The notes under the pieces are model-generated. The model did not search any database, was not told the origin of the DNA, and worked only from the letters and a program-made list of their open reading frames with translations. This document shows positions 23,905 through 36,105 of a stretch of 64,000 bases of DNA, one piece after another. Made by a program: the position numbers and the translations under genes. The first letter of the stretch is position 1; the number at the start of each line of letters is the position of its first letter. Source of the DNA: Gonapodya sp. JEL0774 (Eukaryota); the NCBI GenBank assembly GCA_027604505.1, contig JADIIX010000031.1, positions 1-64,000 on the forward strand, given 5' to 3'.

Positions 23905-26412
23905 TGCACCACATCTCCCCGCCAATAGAAGTCTGTCAACCTCGCATGTTCATCTCATCAGGGGAGTACAGGGGTCACTTGGCAGCAGGGGCGCTACACA
24001 TGATAGACAGCCACCGTCAGACACCGGAGGATCCAGACAGTCCAGAGCCTCCCATGGACAATTCTGACCTCCCATTCAAGTATCTGGAGGGATGGACGGA
24101 GCTGGAAGCTCGACCCAAAGTCCCATCCTTGGATCCACCACCCGAGACAGACACTCCATCGCAACACCCATCACCGGATACAATTTCACCTACATCCAAC
24201 CCCATCGAGCAGATTGCTCTGGAAGGCATACCTGGTACCAGGAGTGGCAGTCCCGGTCATTCCCAACAGCTGCTCACTGGGATCAGTTCTTGCACGGGGT
24301 CTGGAATGCGTACTCAAACCCCGATCTCGATCAGCGAGCACCTCTGCTCGAATCTCTTCTTCCACACCCAGCACCACACATTCCAGTTGAAGGACGCCTC
24401 CGGGACTTCCTTCCTTGCTGGCAACTGGTGACCAAGGACCGGTGGGTGTTGACCACCATCGGCGAAGGGATCATCATCCCGTTACAGTCCTCCCAGCCTC
24501 GGCCCCAGAAGAGGTCCAAAGAATACAAACTGGACTCCTCCCTTGCCGCAATTCCCGCTTCAAACATGGAGGAATGGATACAGAAGAAGATCGAAGTGGA
24601 GATACCCGGGGACGATGGTCTTCCCAAACCCGGGACTCATTATACCCCGATGTTCATAGTCGAACAGGGCGCAAAGAAGCGTCCAATAGCGGACTTCACA
24701 GAGTTCAATGTGAGTCTGGCAGATCAGAAGTTTCGGATGGACACTGCACAAACGCTGAGCGAAACCCTCTGGTCAAACTTGTACACACACGACCAAGACA
24801 GACATCTCGGACGCCTTTCACCATCTTCCGCATCAGCCCAAAAATTACCCATACCTCCGCATTTGCGCCTGTGGTCGGGTCTTTCACTTACTAGCAGCGG
24901 TGTTTGGCATGAAGTGGTTAGCTTGAGCCTGCCCAACTATGTCATTTAGCTTTGGACAAAAAGGTGCTGACTTGCTCAAGGCATGGTTTATAGTAGCATT
25001 CCTCACAATCTTTACAAGACCACACGAGTTCCTGTGGGCATCATTCAAGTCAATGGAGTAGTGATGATCCTGTACGTGGACGACAGCACAAACCAGTCGC
25101 CCGGAATGAACGAGGGGCTAATGCAGACAGCGTTCTTGATACAAGTCTTCCAGTGGTTAGGGTACCGGTTCAAACACCAGAAGATGATCATACTCCCAGT
25201 AACAAGGATCCACTTCTTAGGCTTCGAGTGGGACTATCAGAAACAAGAGATTCGGATTCCACACCAGAAATTAAAGAAATTACGACAGACGTTACAAAGG
25301 CTGGCAAGTTTGTCACAACTATCAACCCGCTCCCTGGCACAGATCGCAGGGACAATGGTATCGATGAAAGAAGGCCTTCAGCAAGCTATGTTGCTGGCTC
25401 GGCCCATTCTGCGACTAATCCGAAATGCTCTCCATCAACAACAAGATTGGGAGGACCCAGTGAACATCTGGAACGAGACCTGACAGATGGCTCGGGACAT
25501 TCTCCCACAACTTGAGGCTCACAACGGGATATCTTACCTGACTCCCAAAGTAGACGCTATCATGATGACAGACGTGTTGCAGTTCGGATGGGGAGCACAT
25601 CCGACCCGGATCTCTGAATCCGGAACGAAAGAAGTCACACAATACGAAGGTGGAGCTTGGAGAGCGCAACTCTTGCACCAGTACCTAGGCAGATCACACT
25701 CAAACAATGAAATACTGTCTTGGCTCGCACAAGTAGACGATCTCACCAACCACACACGTATACAGAACCTGGAGTGCATCACAGTGTTAAGAGGGCTGAA
25801 ACAGTTCAACACACGGGCAATGCTCCACGTCACAAGACACTACTGATACTCTCGGACAACATAGCCACGGTGTACTACATTGCTTGTCAAGGAGGAATGA
25901 AGACAGAGACTCTGTCTCTGATCGCAGAAGGAATAGTGAAATATGCGAAAGTGCATCACATCCACCTATACACAGAACATATCCCGGGAGCAATCAACAA
26001 GGCGGACTTCAAGAGTCATCGCCAATGGGACACACACAATTGGATGCTCAGCAAGAAGATCTTAGTGATGCTGGAGACCCAATGGGACCCGCGCGAGATC
26101 GACGCGTTTGCGACACGCTCCAACACACAGCTACCCCAGTTCTGGGCATGGAATCAAGGCAAACCACTGGCGGAAGCATTCGACGGTATGGCACAGATCT
26201 GGACAGGGACAAACCTGTTCATCAACCCACCGTGGGTGTTGATTCCAATGATCTTAACGAAAATTCTCCGCAAATGCGCAGTAGTCACTCTCATAGTACC
26301 AAAGTGGCCAACACAAGCATGGTTTCCACTCATGCTAGATCTCCTATGTGACGTTCCACTTTTGTTGGCGCTGTTAGAACCAAAGGTCACACACCACAGC
26401 ACCTCACCGTGA
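23904..26412 (+). pseudogene. DIRS ORF2: RT, RNase H and Dam-like N6-adenine methyltransferase domain
   Basis: PVEGRLRDFLPCW, KKRPIADF, KTDISDAFHHL, YVDD, MTDV..GWGAH, SDNIATVYYI..QGG, HIPGAINKAD, IDAFAT, FINPPW, IVPKWPTQAWFP. Confidence 0.93.
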
Positions 26413-26575
26413 CTGTTGTGGTATTGACACCTTGCACATGACCACAGCCTACACATGTATATAAGGCACAACTAGCACCACATAATAAGATCACACTTCA
26501 AATCATCTCACACTCCAGGCCTATCACTAGGCTACCATCCCGTCAATCGTCATAGAGGGCTGAGACCGATACGTA

Positions 26576-27606
26576 GTGACAGCCCCACTACAGGACGACA
26601 TGGTTAATCGCAGTGAGATTATCAGGGATAACCTCACGAAATACGGAGTTGACGCAGAGGATGCAGCAGTATTTGTACGAGCTGGAAAACCAAAGACACT
26701 CCGACAGAAGGATGGACAGTTCACCAAGATCATGGATTGGTGCACACAGAGGGGTATCAATCCCCTTGTTGAGCCTATCAGAGCTATCTCAAAGTACTGC
26801 AGAGTACGAGTAGAACGAGGTGAAATCACTGGCGTGACAGCCAGTAAGTACATTCACACGTTCACAGAAGCCATCACACGTGTAGTCAATGGCTACCCGC
26901 TAGATGGCCACCCTGCGATTCTGATCTTACAGGACCGCGTTCGGGCAATGGTTCCAGCACAAGCACGTCCCATAACCGTAGATCTACCTGCGGCACTTCC
27001 GATACGAGAGATCCTGAAGACCATTAAAGACCCTTCAACTCTGGATTTGGCGACGCTACAGCTGACAACCATCTTAGGCTGCATCACAATCTGGTACCGT
27101 CGCCCCCAGGACATATCAGTAATCTCCGCAGCAAAAACACAAGTCACCGAAGATACGGTGATTCTTCACTTTGCTTCATTGAAAAGTCACGGCACCAATG
27201 CAGCGCGCTCTTACAAGCGCTTCTCTAAATCGGGCGTAGACATCGGAGCTCTCATTCTAGAGGTTCAGAAGCGCAAAACAGAGTCCCCGGGTCGAGATCT
27301 TCCATATTTACTCCGCAGACAAGGTTGTGCTGTCATTAACATCACAGCGAGTACTGTGTCCATGTTGGTTCATTTGGCAATGAAATCAATCGGTTACCCA
27401 GAAACAGTGGCTAAGAGTTACCTTCTGTTGAAGAGTTCATTCACAATAGCCGCAATGGAGCTGGACCGCACGCAATCAGATTGGCGGCCACTCATTCAGA
27501 ATTGATGGGCTTCTGATGTTGTACCGAGGAAACACTATTACCTCCCAGGTGCAAACTTCATTATGTCAGAAGACCCATCTCCGACAGCTCGATCAAAGAA
27601 AGGTGA
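26576..27606 (+). pseudogene. DIRS tyrosine recombinase (in-frame TGA at 27503-27505)
   Basis: RRPQDI, FASLK; reading through the stop gives WASDVVPRKHYY, the catalytic Tyr region. Lies between the MT domain and the ICR. Confidence 0.8.
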
Positions 27607-27631
27607 GCAGTTCATTTGAGCTTTGGGAGAT

Positions 27632-27728
27632 GGCAGAGACGCCGTCGTTAGCGTTGGATCCTGTTAGTTGCTGAGCTTGCGACAGATGCTAGCAGGAGCC
27701 TAGCGGTAGACAGTCTCTGCCGTGCCAA
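27632..27728. repeat. DIRS internal complementary region (ICR)
   Basis: 27632-27659 is complementary to the left terminus 21334-21361; 27661-27728 is complementary to the right terminus ~28257-28324. Confidence 0.95.
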
Positions 27729-28114
27729 TCCCACCCATCAATCCACCCTGGCACGGTAGACTGCTGTTTTCTTTGATCTGAGATGGTATACTCCAACTGA
27801 TTTCATTTGTTTTCTTCTCGATGTCGAACAGAAACCAAGCATGCGACTCTCCGAGGACTTGCGGAATCGGCACAGACACATGCAGATAGAGCGGAGGTTG
27901 AGACAGGATACAAGACGCAGAGTTCGTTAGATCCAGCAGAAGACGATGAGGAGAGCGATGGTTGAGAACATGAGGTGTGCTGTGGTCCACTGTGGTCCGT
28001 TTCAAACCCACAATCGAAGCAGCCCAGCCATAGTTCATTCAAGAGCGTTAGCTTTCTGCACCGAGTAGCGGAACAAGTTTGTCATTTGGCAGGCATGTAT
28101 CTCCAGTTGTTTGA

Positions 28115-28326
28115 GCGGGGAGACGTGGCGATTTGCCGAGTGGAGAGTGTTCAGTTCCACACACAATATGTTTCGTGCACGGTACATACATTCACGTAGT
28201 TAGGTTAGCTTTTGTAGTAGCCACGCCTTTTAGGGGAGACGTAAATGCATTCCGAGTTGGCACGGCAGAGACTGTCTACCGCTAGGCTCCTGCTTGCATC
28301 TGTCGCAAGCTCAGCTACTAACAGAT
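28115..28326. repeat. DIRS right ITR with right-end extension
   Basis: Inverted copy of the left ITR plus a ~54-nt extension matched only by the ICR. Confidence 0.93.
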
Positions 28327-30019
28327 TCACCGCCCATCGTTGCCGATTTCCATGCGGCAATCATCCATCAACTATACATCAAACAAACTTCCGGAATATG
28401 AACCTGAACCTCTAGTCATTTTCTCACACCAATGAGGTCGGATGGTACATTGGATGGTACGATTCTCTTCTCCCCTCTCCGCCCGCAAGGGATACTTACC
28501 CCTGGCGGGCACAAGATCGGCTGGCATAGATTGCAGTGAAAGTCACTGTGGCACGATAAACAAGGGTTGCGTGGTATGAGGGGAGAGGACTTGTGGACAG
28601 GGCAATACTCAACGCAGCCTGCGAGAAGCAGGTTGGATTTGCTGTTGTCACCGTATGTGAGTTGGCGCAGTCGCTCAATTTTTGCGCATGCCGATGCCAC
28701 ACCGCTGACACCGGTGGCCATGATATGAAAATGTACAAGATTATCAATGTTGACCTCGACAATCACCTGCGCGAAACCAGAAGACTCGCTTTATGGTGTC
28801 CACACACGGTTATCGCCAAACTCTTTTGGGTCTTGATCCCTTCTTTGTAATCACCTACTGCATTTTGTCTGCCTACTTCTCTTCGTGATACCTTGGTTCC
28901 CCCTTCCTTCAACACAACCGGCATTGAGGAGATGGACCACAATTTAAGACCCTCCCTTGCCTCATCTGTCGGGACTCTTGGTCCTCCTGGAGCTCAAGGG
29001 AATGGAGGAGACTGGATTTCGGTGTGAATTGCGAGACTGAGAACTTGGCATCTGCATGGTCTCATCGTTGCGCTGCGGATTGTCGTCAGAGTGCGCTGCA
29101 GAGAACGCCATCCCTTTCCACTATCTTTTTCTCCATCAGCCTCGCGACACTGATCCGACAATGGTCGAAGTGGAGCTCTAACGGCGTTCAGGTGCTGCAC
29201 TGTCTAATGTGCGTCATCTTGCTCGAATATCTCATTCTGGCGTTAAAGGCAGCAGGACAGCAGATTCCGGTGGTATGTCCTACTACGCAGTTCAACAATT
29301 ACTTTCCATTTCTCTCTCATAAATTTCAACTCGTCGAGGCCTCCCACTTTAAATGCTCGCTCTTCCGAATAATTACCTCTGCCCCTCGCACCCCCGTATA
29401 TTGGTGCACGCTATGCATTGCACCCCGCACGAGGGCAGGATTGAGGCCGGAGACGGGACATACGAAACAAATGACTACGGAACTCGTGAGTGTGTAATGC
29501 TAGATTTTACCGAGGGTCCCAAATGCCGACCAAGATGCGAAGACACAAGGGAGGTTTAGAGCGAGGGCCAGAGGCAGCGCGGGAGTCGGTCGGTCGATTT
29601 CCACAAGGAGAACGAGCAGCCTGAGGTGGATTCGACGCCGCGAAGAGACGTTCGAGTATTTGGTGGAATGGACGGCTTCCGCCTAGAGGGATCATCCACG
29701 CTTCTGCTTCATGTTGTCAGACAGAAGGGCGTGTCTGCCCTAACGGCCTTTTGAAGCACCATCCATTCTCATGCTGAATACATTATAAACAACAACGGAA
29801 GAGAACATCGAGACGGAGTCCGGAGAAAAGTAATTAACATTGCGCAGCCAATTCCGATTCCGAACAATAATTCTATATATCGTGGTGTTTGAGTCCAGCA
29901 TTAGAGATTTGCGTTGCGTCGTTGGGAGGGTATTGGTTTCCCCGCCCTCCTAAGGATGTTCGGTACTTTATTCTCGAAGATAAAGCACCGATGGATCTTT
30001 GCACATCACACAGTATCCG

Positions 30020-31068
30020 ATGAATTCTGCCAACAAACTCGAATCGACGTCCACTTACGTCAACGCCGGTCTCACCCTTCACTACCTGATCTTGGGTCCC
30101 GAATCTGGTCATATCGTTGTTTTTTTGCACGGACTGGGCAGCAATCGCCTGTCATGGCTTGAGTGTGCTGAGGAATTGGCCGCCAAAGGGTATCGATGCT
30201 ACCTGCTTGATGCTCGGGGACATGGAAGGTCAGACAGGGTCGCCACAGCTCCAGACGATGGTTACCGAATGGAACAGTATACGTAAGTGCCAATTATGGA
30301 AAGAGGGTATATGTTTCAAACTGTACGGACTTCACTTTCATCTTATTCAGCTCGGATCCGGTGTCCTTTTTGGACCAGATTGTGAAACCGACTGGTCGGA
30401 AATGTGTCATGGTTGGACACTCGCTGGGTGCGGCCATGACGTATGGCTGTACTGCTGTGAGACAGGAACTTGTTGCTGGAATGCTTTTGGAAGGTGCCGT
30501 TAATCGTGACGCAATAGCGGCTGGTCAGAACCGAATCAATGAAACTGATTTCTCTATCTGCAACCTCACTCCAGATCCGCCAATGTACATGAGTCCTGCC
30601 CGCTTCGATTCCGGCCCATACCGACCGGTTTTTCTCTCTCACCTCTCCGATTGCCAGAACTGGCGTTCCCTCGGCACACCCATATCCGAAATAACGCAGA
30701 CTGTCGCGTCCCGTCCTATCGCTCCTGGCTCCGCGACCACGTTTGCCGACTTGGTCACCGAATCCGCCCTCACAGCGTCAGTCCAGGGTCGTGTTGAAGT
30801 CGACGTAGCCGCATGGCAAGCTGCACTCCAGGGGCGTACAACCTCTGGTGCCGAGAAACCCCCGTGTTCCGTTCCGGGCATTCTCCTCCGCGCGGACAAG
30901 AACCTGGGACCTGCATTCCAGGAGGAAGATGTCGAGCGGTTCAAAAAGATTGCACCTAATGTGGAGATTGTGGAGGTGAAGGGAGCTGGGCACTTGATTC
31001 ATGCTAGTAGAACGAGTAGAAAAGTGCTGATGAGCAGTTTGGAAAAAGTGCTGAGCATCGCGTTTTAA
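30020..31068 (+). CDS. Alpha/beta-fold hydrolase (intron 30283-30350)
   Basis: FLHGLG, DARGHGRS, nucleophile motif GHSLG, C-terminal GAGHLIH; GTAAGT...CAG intron. Confidence 0.92.
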
Positions 31069-31327
31069 ACAGTCTTTATATTATTCACGACACGACGCCG
31101 TGAACGTGTGATTATCTTAGTACTCTGCCAGTGTTCACTCTTGCGATCGGAAGGCACGACTAACCCGAGTACGTGTACACACCTCGCACCGCTCGTGAGT
31201 GTCTATTCACACTGAACGCTCGAATTTTGCATTCATGTTCCTACACATTGAACAATATACCTAATGTGCGATATCCGAACCTTTGTCATATTTCACATCC
31301 ACTACTCTTCTTTCATTGGTATACTGC

Positions 31328-32420
31328 TCATTCCTCTCTTTGAAAGTGCAGGGCACGAGCTCCCTGATTCACCCCCTTCTCATTCCTACTTGCCCACCCC
31401 TTCACCCAAACTGGTGGCACACACCCTCCTTCCACATCAGAGCAAGTGCACATACCGCCATATTCCGAGGGGAGGTTCTCTGGCGGAACGATTTCGAGGA
31501 GCGCCGCGACGGCTTCGGGGGGTATGGTGGAGGTGGGTGTGGTTGGCGGAGAAAATTGAGAGGGCGAAGCTGGAGAAGAAGACGGAGAGGTGGAATTGGT
31601 GGAGGGGAAGACCCGCAAGCGACGTTTCGTCTCGTCCGTGAGGAGGTTCTGTACGAGAGAGAATATGCGGGCGAAAAAGGGTGGTGCGTTCAGGACAAAG
31701 ATGCGCCACTGTGATCAAATTATGGGGTTGCGGTGTGGACAAAGAAAATGATAAAAGAGAGCAAGAAGTGTTGGGGTAAGTAGTGATCGGATGGATTGAA
31801 GCGATGTGCACGGGGTTCGGCGCAGCATGCTCACGGTCGTATCTGGGTAGTAGTCATGCTGCTGCTGGGCGAAGTTGTGGAAGAAGTGTAAGGCTTTGGG
31901 AGTGATTTCTGGGATAATCGGTATGGCGTTGATCTCCTTTCGCAACAGTAAACCGACCAATAAATATGTCAACGGTCACCAAACTCACGTGAAAAGCTGA
32001 TCCCTGCACAATCTGTCGTGAGATGAAAACAATGGATCGGAATTGCGCCCAGTCGTGTCTGATCGCACCAAACAGCGCGAACTCACCATACACGACTGTC
32101 ACCCTTCCCATTCCCACAACATCCACTCCTTTCTTGTTTGCATCCCTAACCCTCCTCCTCCTCGCTTCAGGCAACAAAACCCTCCGACAAGATTCTTCAA
32201 CTCCTCGAAACCACTCAACCACGCGATCAACAGATCCGGCCGAAGAAAGGAGGTGAGACACCTCGGTACGACCGATACGGTAGATGAGGAGTGGGTTGTG
32301 AAGGCGATCGGTCTGACCGTGCGTGGAAATGGTGGGGAGACCGATTCAGTGATGGAAAATTGTGATCAAGGAGATGCCCTGGTCAACGTGGCTGATCCGC
32401 GCATCGCTTGCTCCAGACTT
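31328..32420 (-). CDS. CRAL-TRIO/Sec14-like lipid-binding protein (multi-exon; 5' end unresolved; apparent in-frame TGA at 32348-32346)
   Basis: HGQTDRLHNPLLIYRIG, QHDYYPDT, LLEIVPPENLPSEYGGMCTC..GGC. Confidence 0.72.
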
Positions 32421-34098
32421 ACCTTGTGATAGCATCCACCGCCCCAATATTTTGTCCACTCCCAATCCTGTGGCCACTGTTCTCTCGTCGGATCAACATT
32501 CACGTTCCCCTTGCCGTCGCCCCATCCAAGTTCGTCCACGGTATGAAATCCACGTACAGGCATCGTTGGAGCGCAGTTTACTAATGGTATTCGGAGATTT
32601 TGTGGTCGGGCGTGAGATGCGTGCCAAGCGACGTATTTCGAGAACATTTCAGCGGCAGAGGAAGGTGAGAGTCGTCGAAACAGGATGAATCGTGAGAGGT
32701 TCTGAAAATAAAATTAGTGAAATGTGTATCAAGCCAGTTTGGAATGCAGTGCAAACGGACAGAGTGTTCAACCAATTCAACTTGCCGTTTTTACTTACAT
32801 CGTCGGTTAATTCCTCATCCGCACACTCGGGTTTGTGAGTACTGTTTGAGATGTTATACTTGGATGCTAAGATGTGCTTAGTGGATGCGACCATTGCAGG
32901 CGTAACAGGAGATGTTTCGACGTTGGAAGAGTACTCGATTGAATCCGAACAGCCTGCGAAACCACTGTCATGATCAGAAGACGCAGATAACCTTAACCCG
33001 TGATTTCCCCAGGTTGAAAGCATGGAATGTGACGGAAGGGAGAAACACGAGTTGAGGTGACCGCTCTTACAAACGCATAGCTTTCACTGCATGACACCGC
33101 GAACCTGAATGCCATGGTGTCGTCTGTTACATCCTTAACAGCAGGTCCTGAATTGTTATTTTGTGAGAGTGTCTCCCTTCGAGAGAGTATTCCAAGCATC
33201 TGCAATGAGGGGATGACGGATGAAGTTTTGATTCGATTCAGAGTCCTCCTTTTCTCTGGGTGGAGCAGTAGAAGTGCGAGGTGAGTTTCAAGTAGAAATA
33301 CAAGTTCCACTGAAGATTTACCAAGTGCGAAATGCGATTATGAAATATCTGTGCGACGCTGAGTTTCAAGACGATCGCCACCCAAAAACTCAGCGGATCG
33401 GAATTTCCGTGTTCTTTCCGCCCCATTCCGGGTGACGTTTACACAGTATCAGAGCATCTCTTTTTACGCAAATTCACGCAAAAGGAACTCACGGGGCAGT
33501 CCTCGCTGGGAACAGTACGAATCATGACCGGATCTTTCGGTCGCCCTGTTGTCGACAGGAATCACCAACTCGGCAGAGTTTAGAGCTTTGTCATCGGTGT
33601 CAGCTACATGAACATCGGTTCATCAAGCGTCTCTATTACCATCTATACCAAGGGAATTTCTTCCGCGCCATCTGCGTCGAGAGGGTTTGACATTGCTCAC
33701 GTAGAATCTTTCGCGTCCATCTTTGGCACTCTCTGTTTCTGCTTCCCCGATTCGTGTTTTTACACTAGTATTTCAGTTCTTACAATTTTATTTACGTGAT
33801 CTTCTGTGTTTTGTGATCAGGACAACTGTCAAAGACCAACTGCTACAGACTGCATAACTGCCAAGTGTCACAACTCTTTCTCTTTCTCGAGTCCAGCGAG
33901 TCCAGCAGTGCTTCTGAGTCTCTGAGTTTTTGAACCAAAACCTTTGTCCCCTATCAGCAGCAGAGGAACCCGGCGAGGGAAGCTTTCCAACAGGTTGAAA
34001 CGTTAGACTTCTCTCCTCTTTCTCTCCCATCGATTGATTCCCGGGATGGATTATAAAAGGAAGGGCTCAATTCGACGCTCCCAACTCCGTCCACGTCT

Positions 34099-35098
34099 GT
34101 GACGGAAATCACCTGCAGCGAGGAATGTCCAATGGTTCAAGACGTTCTCCTGTCACTCCCCACTCGTTATCCAAATCTGAAGGAACTGACGATAACGCCA
34201 TCGTACGAGGACTATCAACTCTCCTTTGGAGGTCTTTCTTTTCCGAAGCTGGAGAGATTGGAAGTAGAACATCAACCACTCGATCATATTATGTTTTCAA
34301 CAGATGGACGTCGGTAAATTCATCTTGGACCTGCCGGGTACGTGTTCTGGATCAGTGAGGGCCGGGGGAGAGGAGGGAGGGGGGGGGGGGGGGCTCATCG
34401 TGTGATGTATATAACGACGCACGACTAACTGAGAAATGCACAATCATTGTCTATAGAACTCCGCTACTTTCATGCTCAGCGTGTCACGGTCCATAAGCCC
34501 TCCCAGTTCGGACCATCTCTCAGTCGCTGCCCCAATCTCGAAACCTTCACCTTTGGGGGCCTTGGTGAGCTACAAAATTCTTGCGTCCCATTTTTCTGAA
34601 TATTTTTTCTCATCCATTGTCGGATCAAATCTAGGCGTCTCCAAGAAATCAAAAAGGCACAAACTCGCGCTCACCCGGTGCACTCAACTGGATTTTTGCC
34701 GTTCTGATGATCTCGACTACCTGGACACTTGGGCCTCAAAGTAAGGAGTTGCATTTTCGAGTCTCGTTGGGCGGTGTGGCACTTTGCCCATTTATTGACA
34801 TGCCCTCACAATCGCCACTGGAACTGGATCCTTCTTAACACTCTTTCTTCCCGCCTCCATGTCAATCAATCCCAGTCTCACTGATTTCAGTCTCAAGGCT
34901 TGCTCCAGTATACAGGAAGTAAACATTCTCGTAAAACCCCCAAGTGGTTATGACATTTTCATGAGAAGCTGGGAATCGTCCAAAGGAGCTTCCTCGTGTA
35001 CTCTCAACCTGATCAACGCAGGGCATCCTGGCGGTAATCTGAGGAACCCAGATCGCTGTAAGAAGGTCCTGCGGGAAGAATCGGAAGATTGGTTTTGA
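34099..35098 (+). CDS. Possible leucine-rich-repeat-like protein; gene model uncertain, may be degraded
   Basis: YPNLKELTI, FPKLERLEV, PSLTDFSLKACSSIQEV; no in-frame ATG found upstream. Confidence 0.35.
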
Positions 35099-36105
35099 GT
35101 ACTTAATACGTATCCAAGCCTTCATAGGAAGGGAGCGGCGCCAGGAACAAAGATGTTACCTGTATTGTTTGATTATCATAGCGACCTTTTGGGCGATGTT
35201 TTTAAAATAATGCAATACATGAGAGTCCAATGCACGTGCACATACACCTTTTGTTTCTCTGACTGAACCCACCAACCCGAAGAGCTCGCACACTGCGACT
35301 CACAGCCTCAAACGAGACTTTTTCTCGTGCATTGCCTCTCACCAAACTTAGACTTCGCAATGCTGTCCACTGGACGCGGAGGTGCGCAACAGAATCGGCA
35401 GGACGGTTACAGGGATTCGGGTCGACAGGGTCAAGGGGGATCAACGTGGGGCCCTGAAGCTCATACTGGAGTCCAAAGTCCCTCTCAGAGTGAGTTCGAC
35501 CGAGGATAGAAGTGCCATTCGGGGAGGAGTTGAGGACTCGAACTTAGAATTCTGGATCTGGGAAGCCACCGTTATTTCCGCGATCCGGGATCCATTACTG
35601 CGGAAACCACATAAGCACCAAAAAGAATACCAGTGATTTGCTGTCCCGGTCGCAGCGTTTTGTTAGAAACATTGCGTGGGTGACGTCAGTATCACAAAAC
35701 CTCACCTCAGATCCCCCACCTCGTTCAGCGGTTGGTACTATTGATCGAGCAAAACCAAACGAAATGATCTCTCTTTCCAGTAATGGTAAGTATTTTGCTT
35801 TATTCAAACCTCAAAGACATCATCCTCAGAAAAGATCTACTTTCCATACGGCCAACGGCACTTACTGTGGGCCGAGAATAGATCCTTCCGAGCCCTCAGC
35901 TACCCAAGCAGCTCGCCTTGATGCAAGCGCCATTCGCCACATAACTCATGCCATGGGTAGCACCTCGATCACCGACTGAATCCGACAGATCTCCCCAGAT
36001 CAGTACCTCCGCGAACGGAGACAAGAGAGAGAAGAGGAACTGCGGCAGAAGCTCAAGCAGATCAAAACTACGAAAGGGAGGGAGGTCAAATCGGGGACCG
36101 GTGCG

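Larger units (their letters stand above)
21334..28326 (+). mobile_element. DIRS1-type tyrosine-recombinase retrotransposon, structurally complete, ORFs decayed
   Basis: Inverted terminal repeats, an internal complementary region, and gag / RT-RNaseH-MT / YR ORFs. Both ends carry AT, with no conventional TSD. Confidence 0.95.

Noticed and set aside
1..28326. RNA-guided nuclease (Fanzor/TnpB) cargo in the transposons
   Set aside because: No RuvC or zinc-ribbon motif pattern was recognised in any ORF by eye.
28327..29900. Short ORFs right of the DIRS element
   Set aside because: No recognisable motifs or consistent gene model.
34363..34393. G-rich run as a G-quadruplex element
   Set aside because: A simple homopolymer in a probable intron, with no other support.
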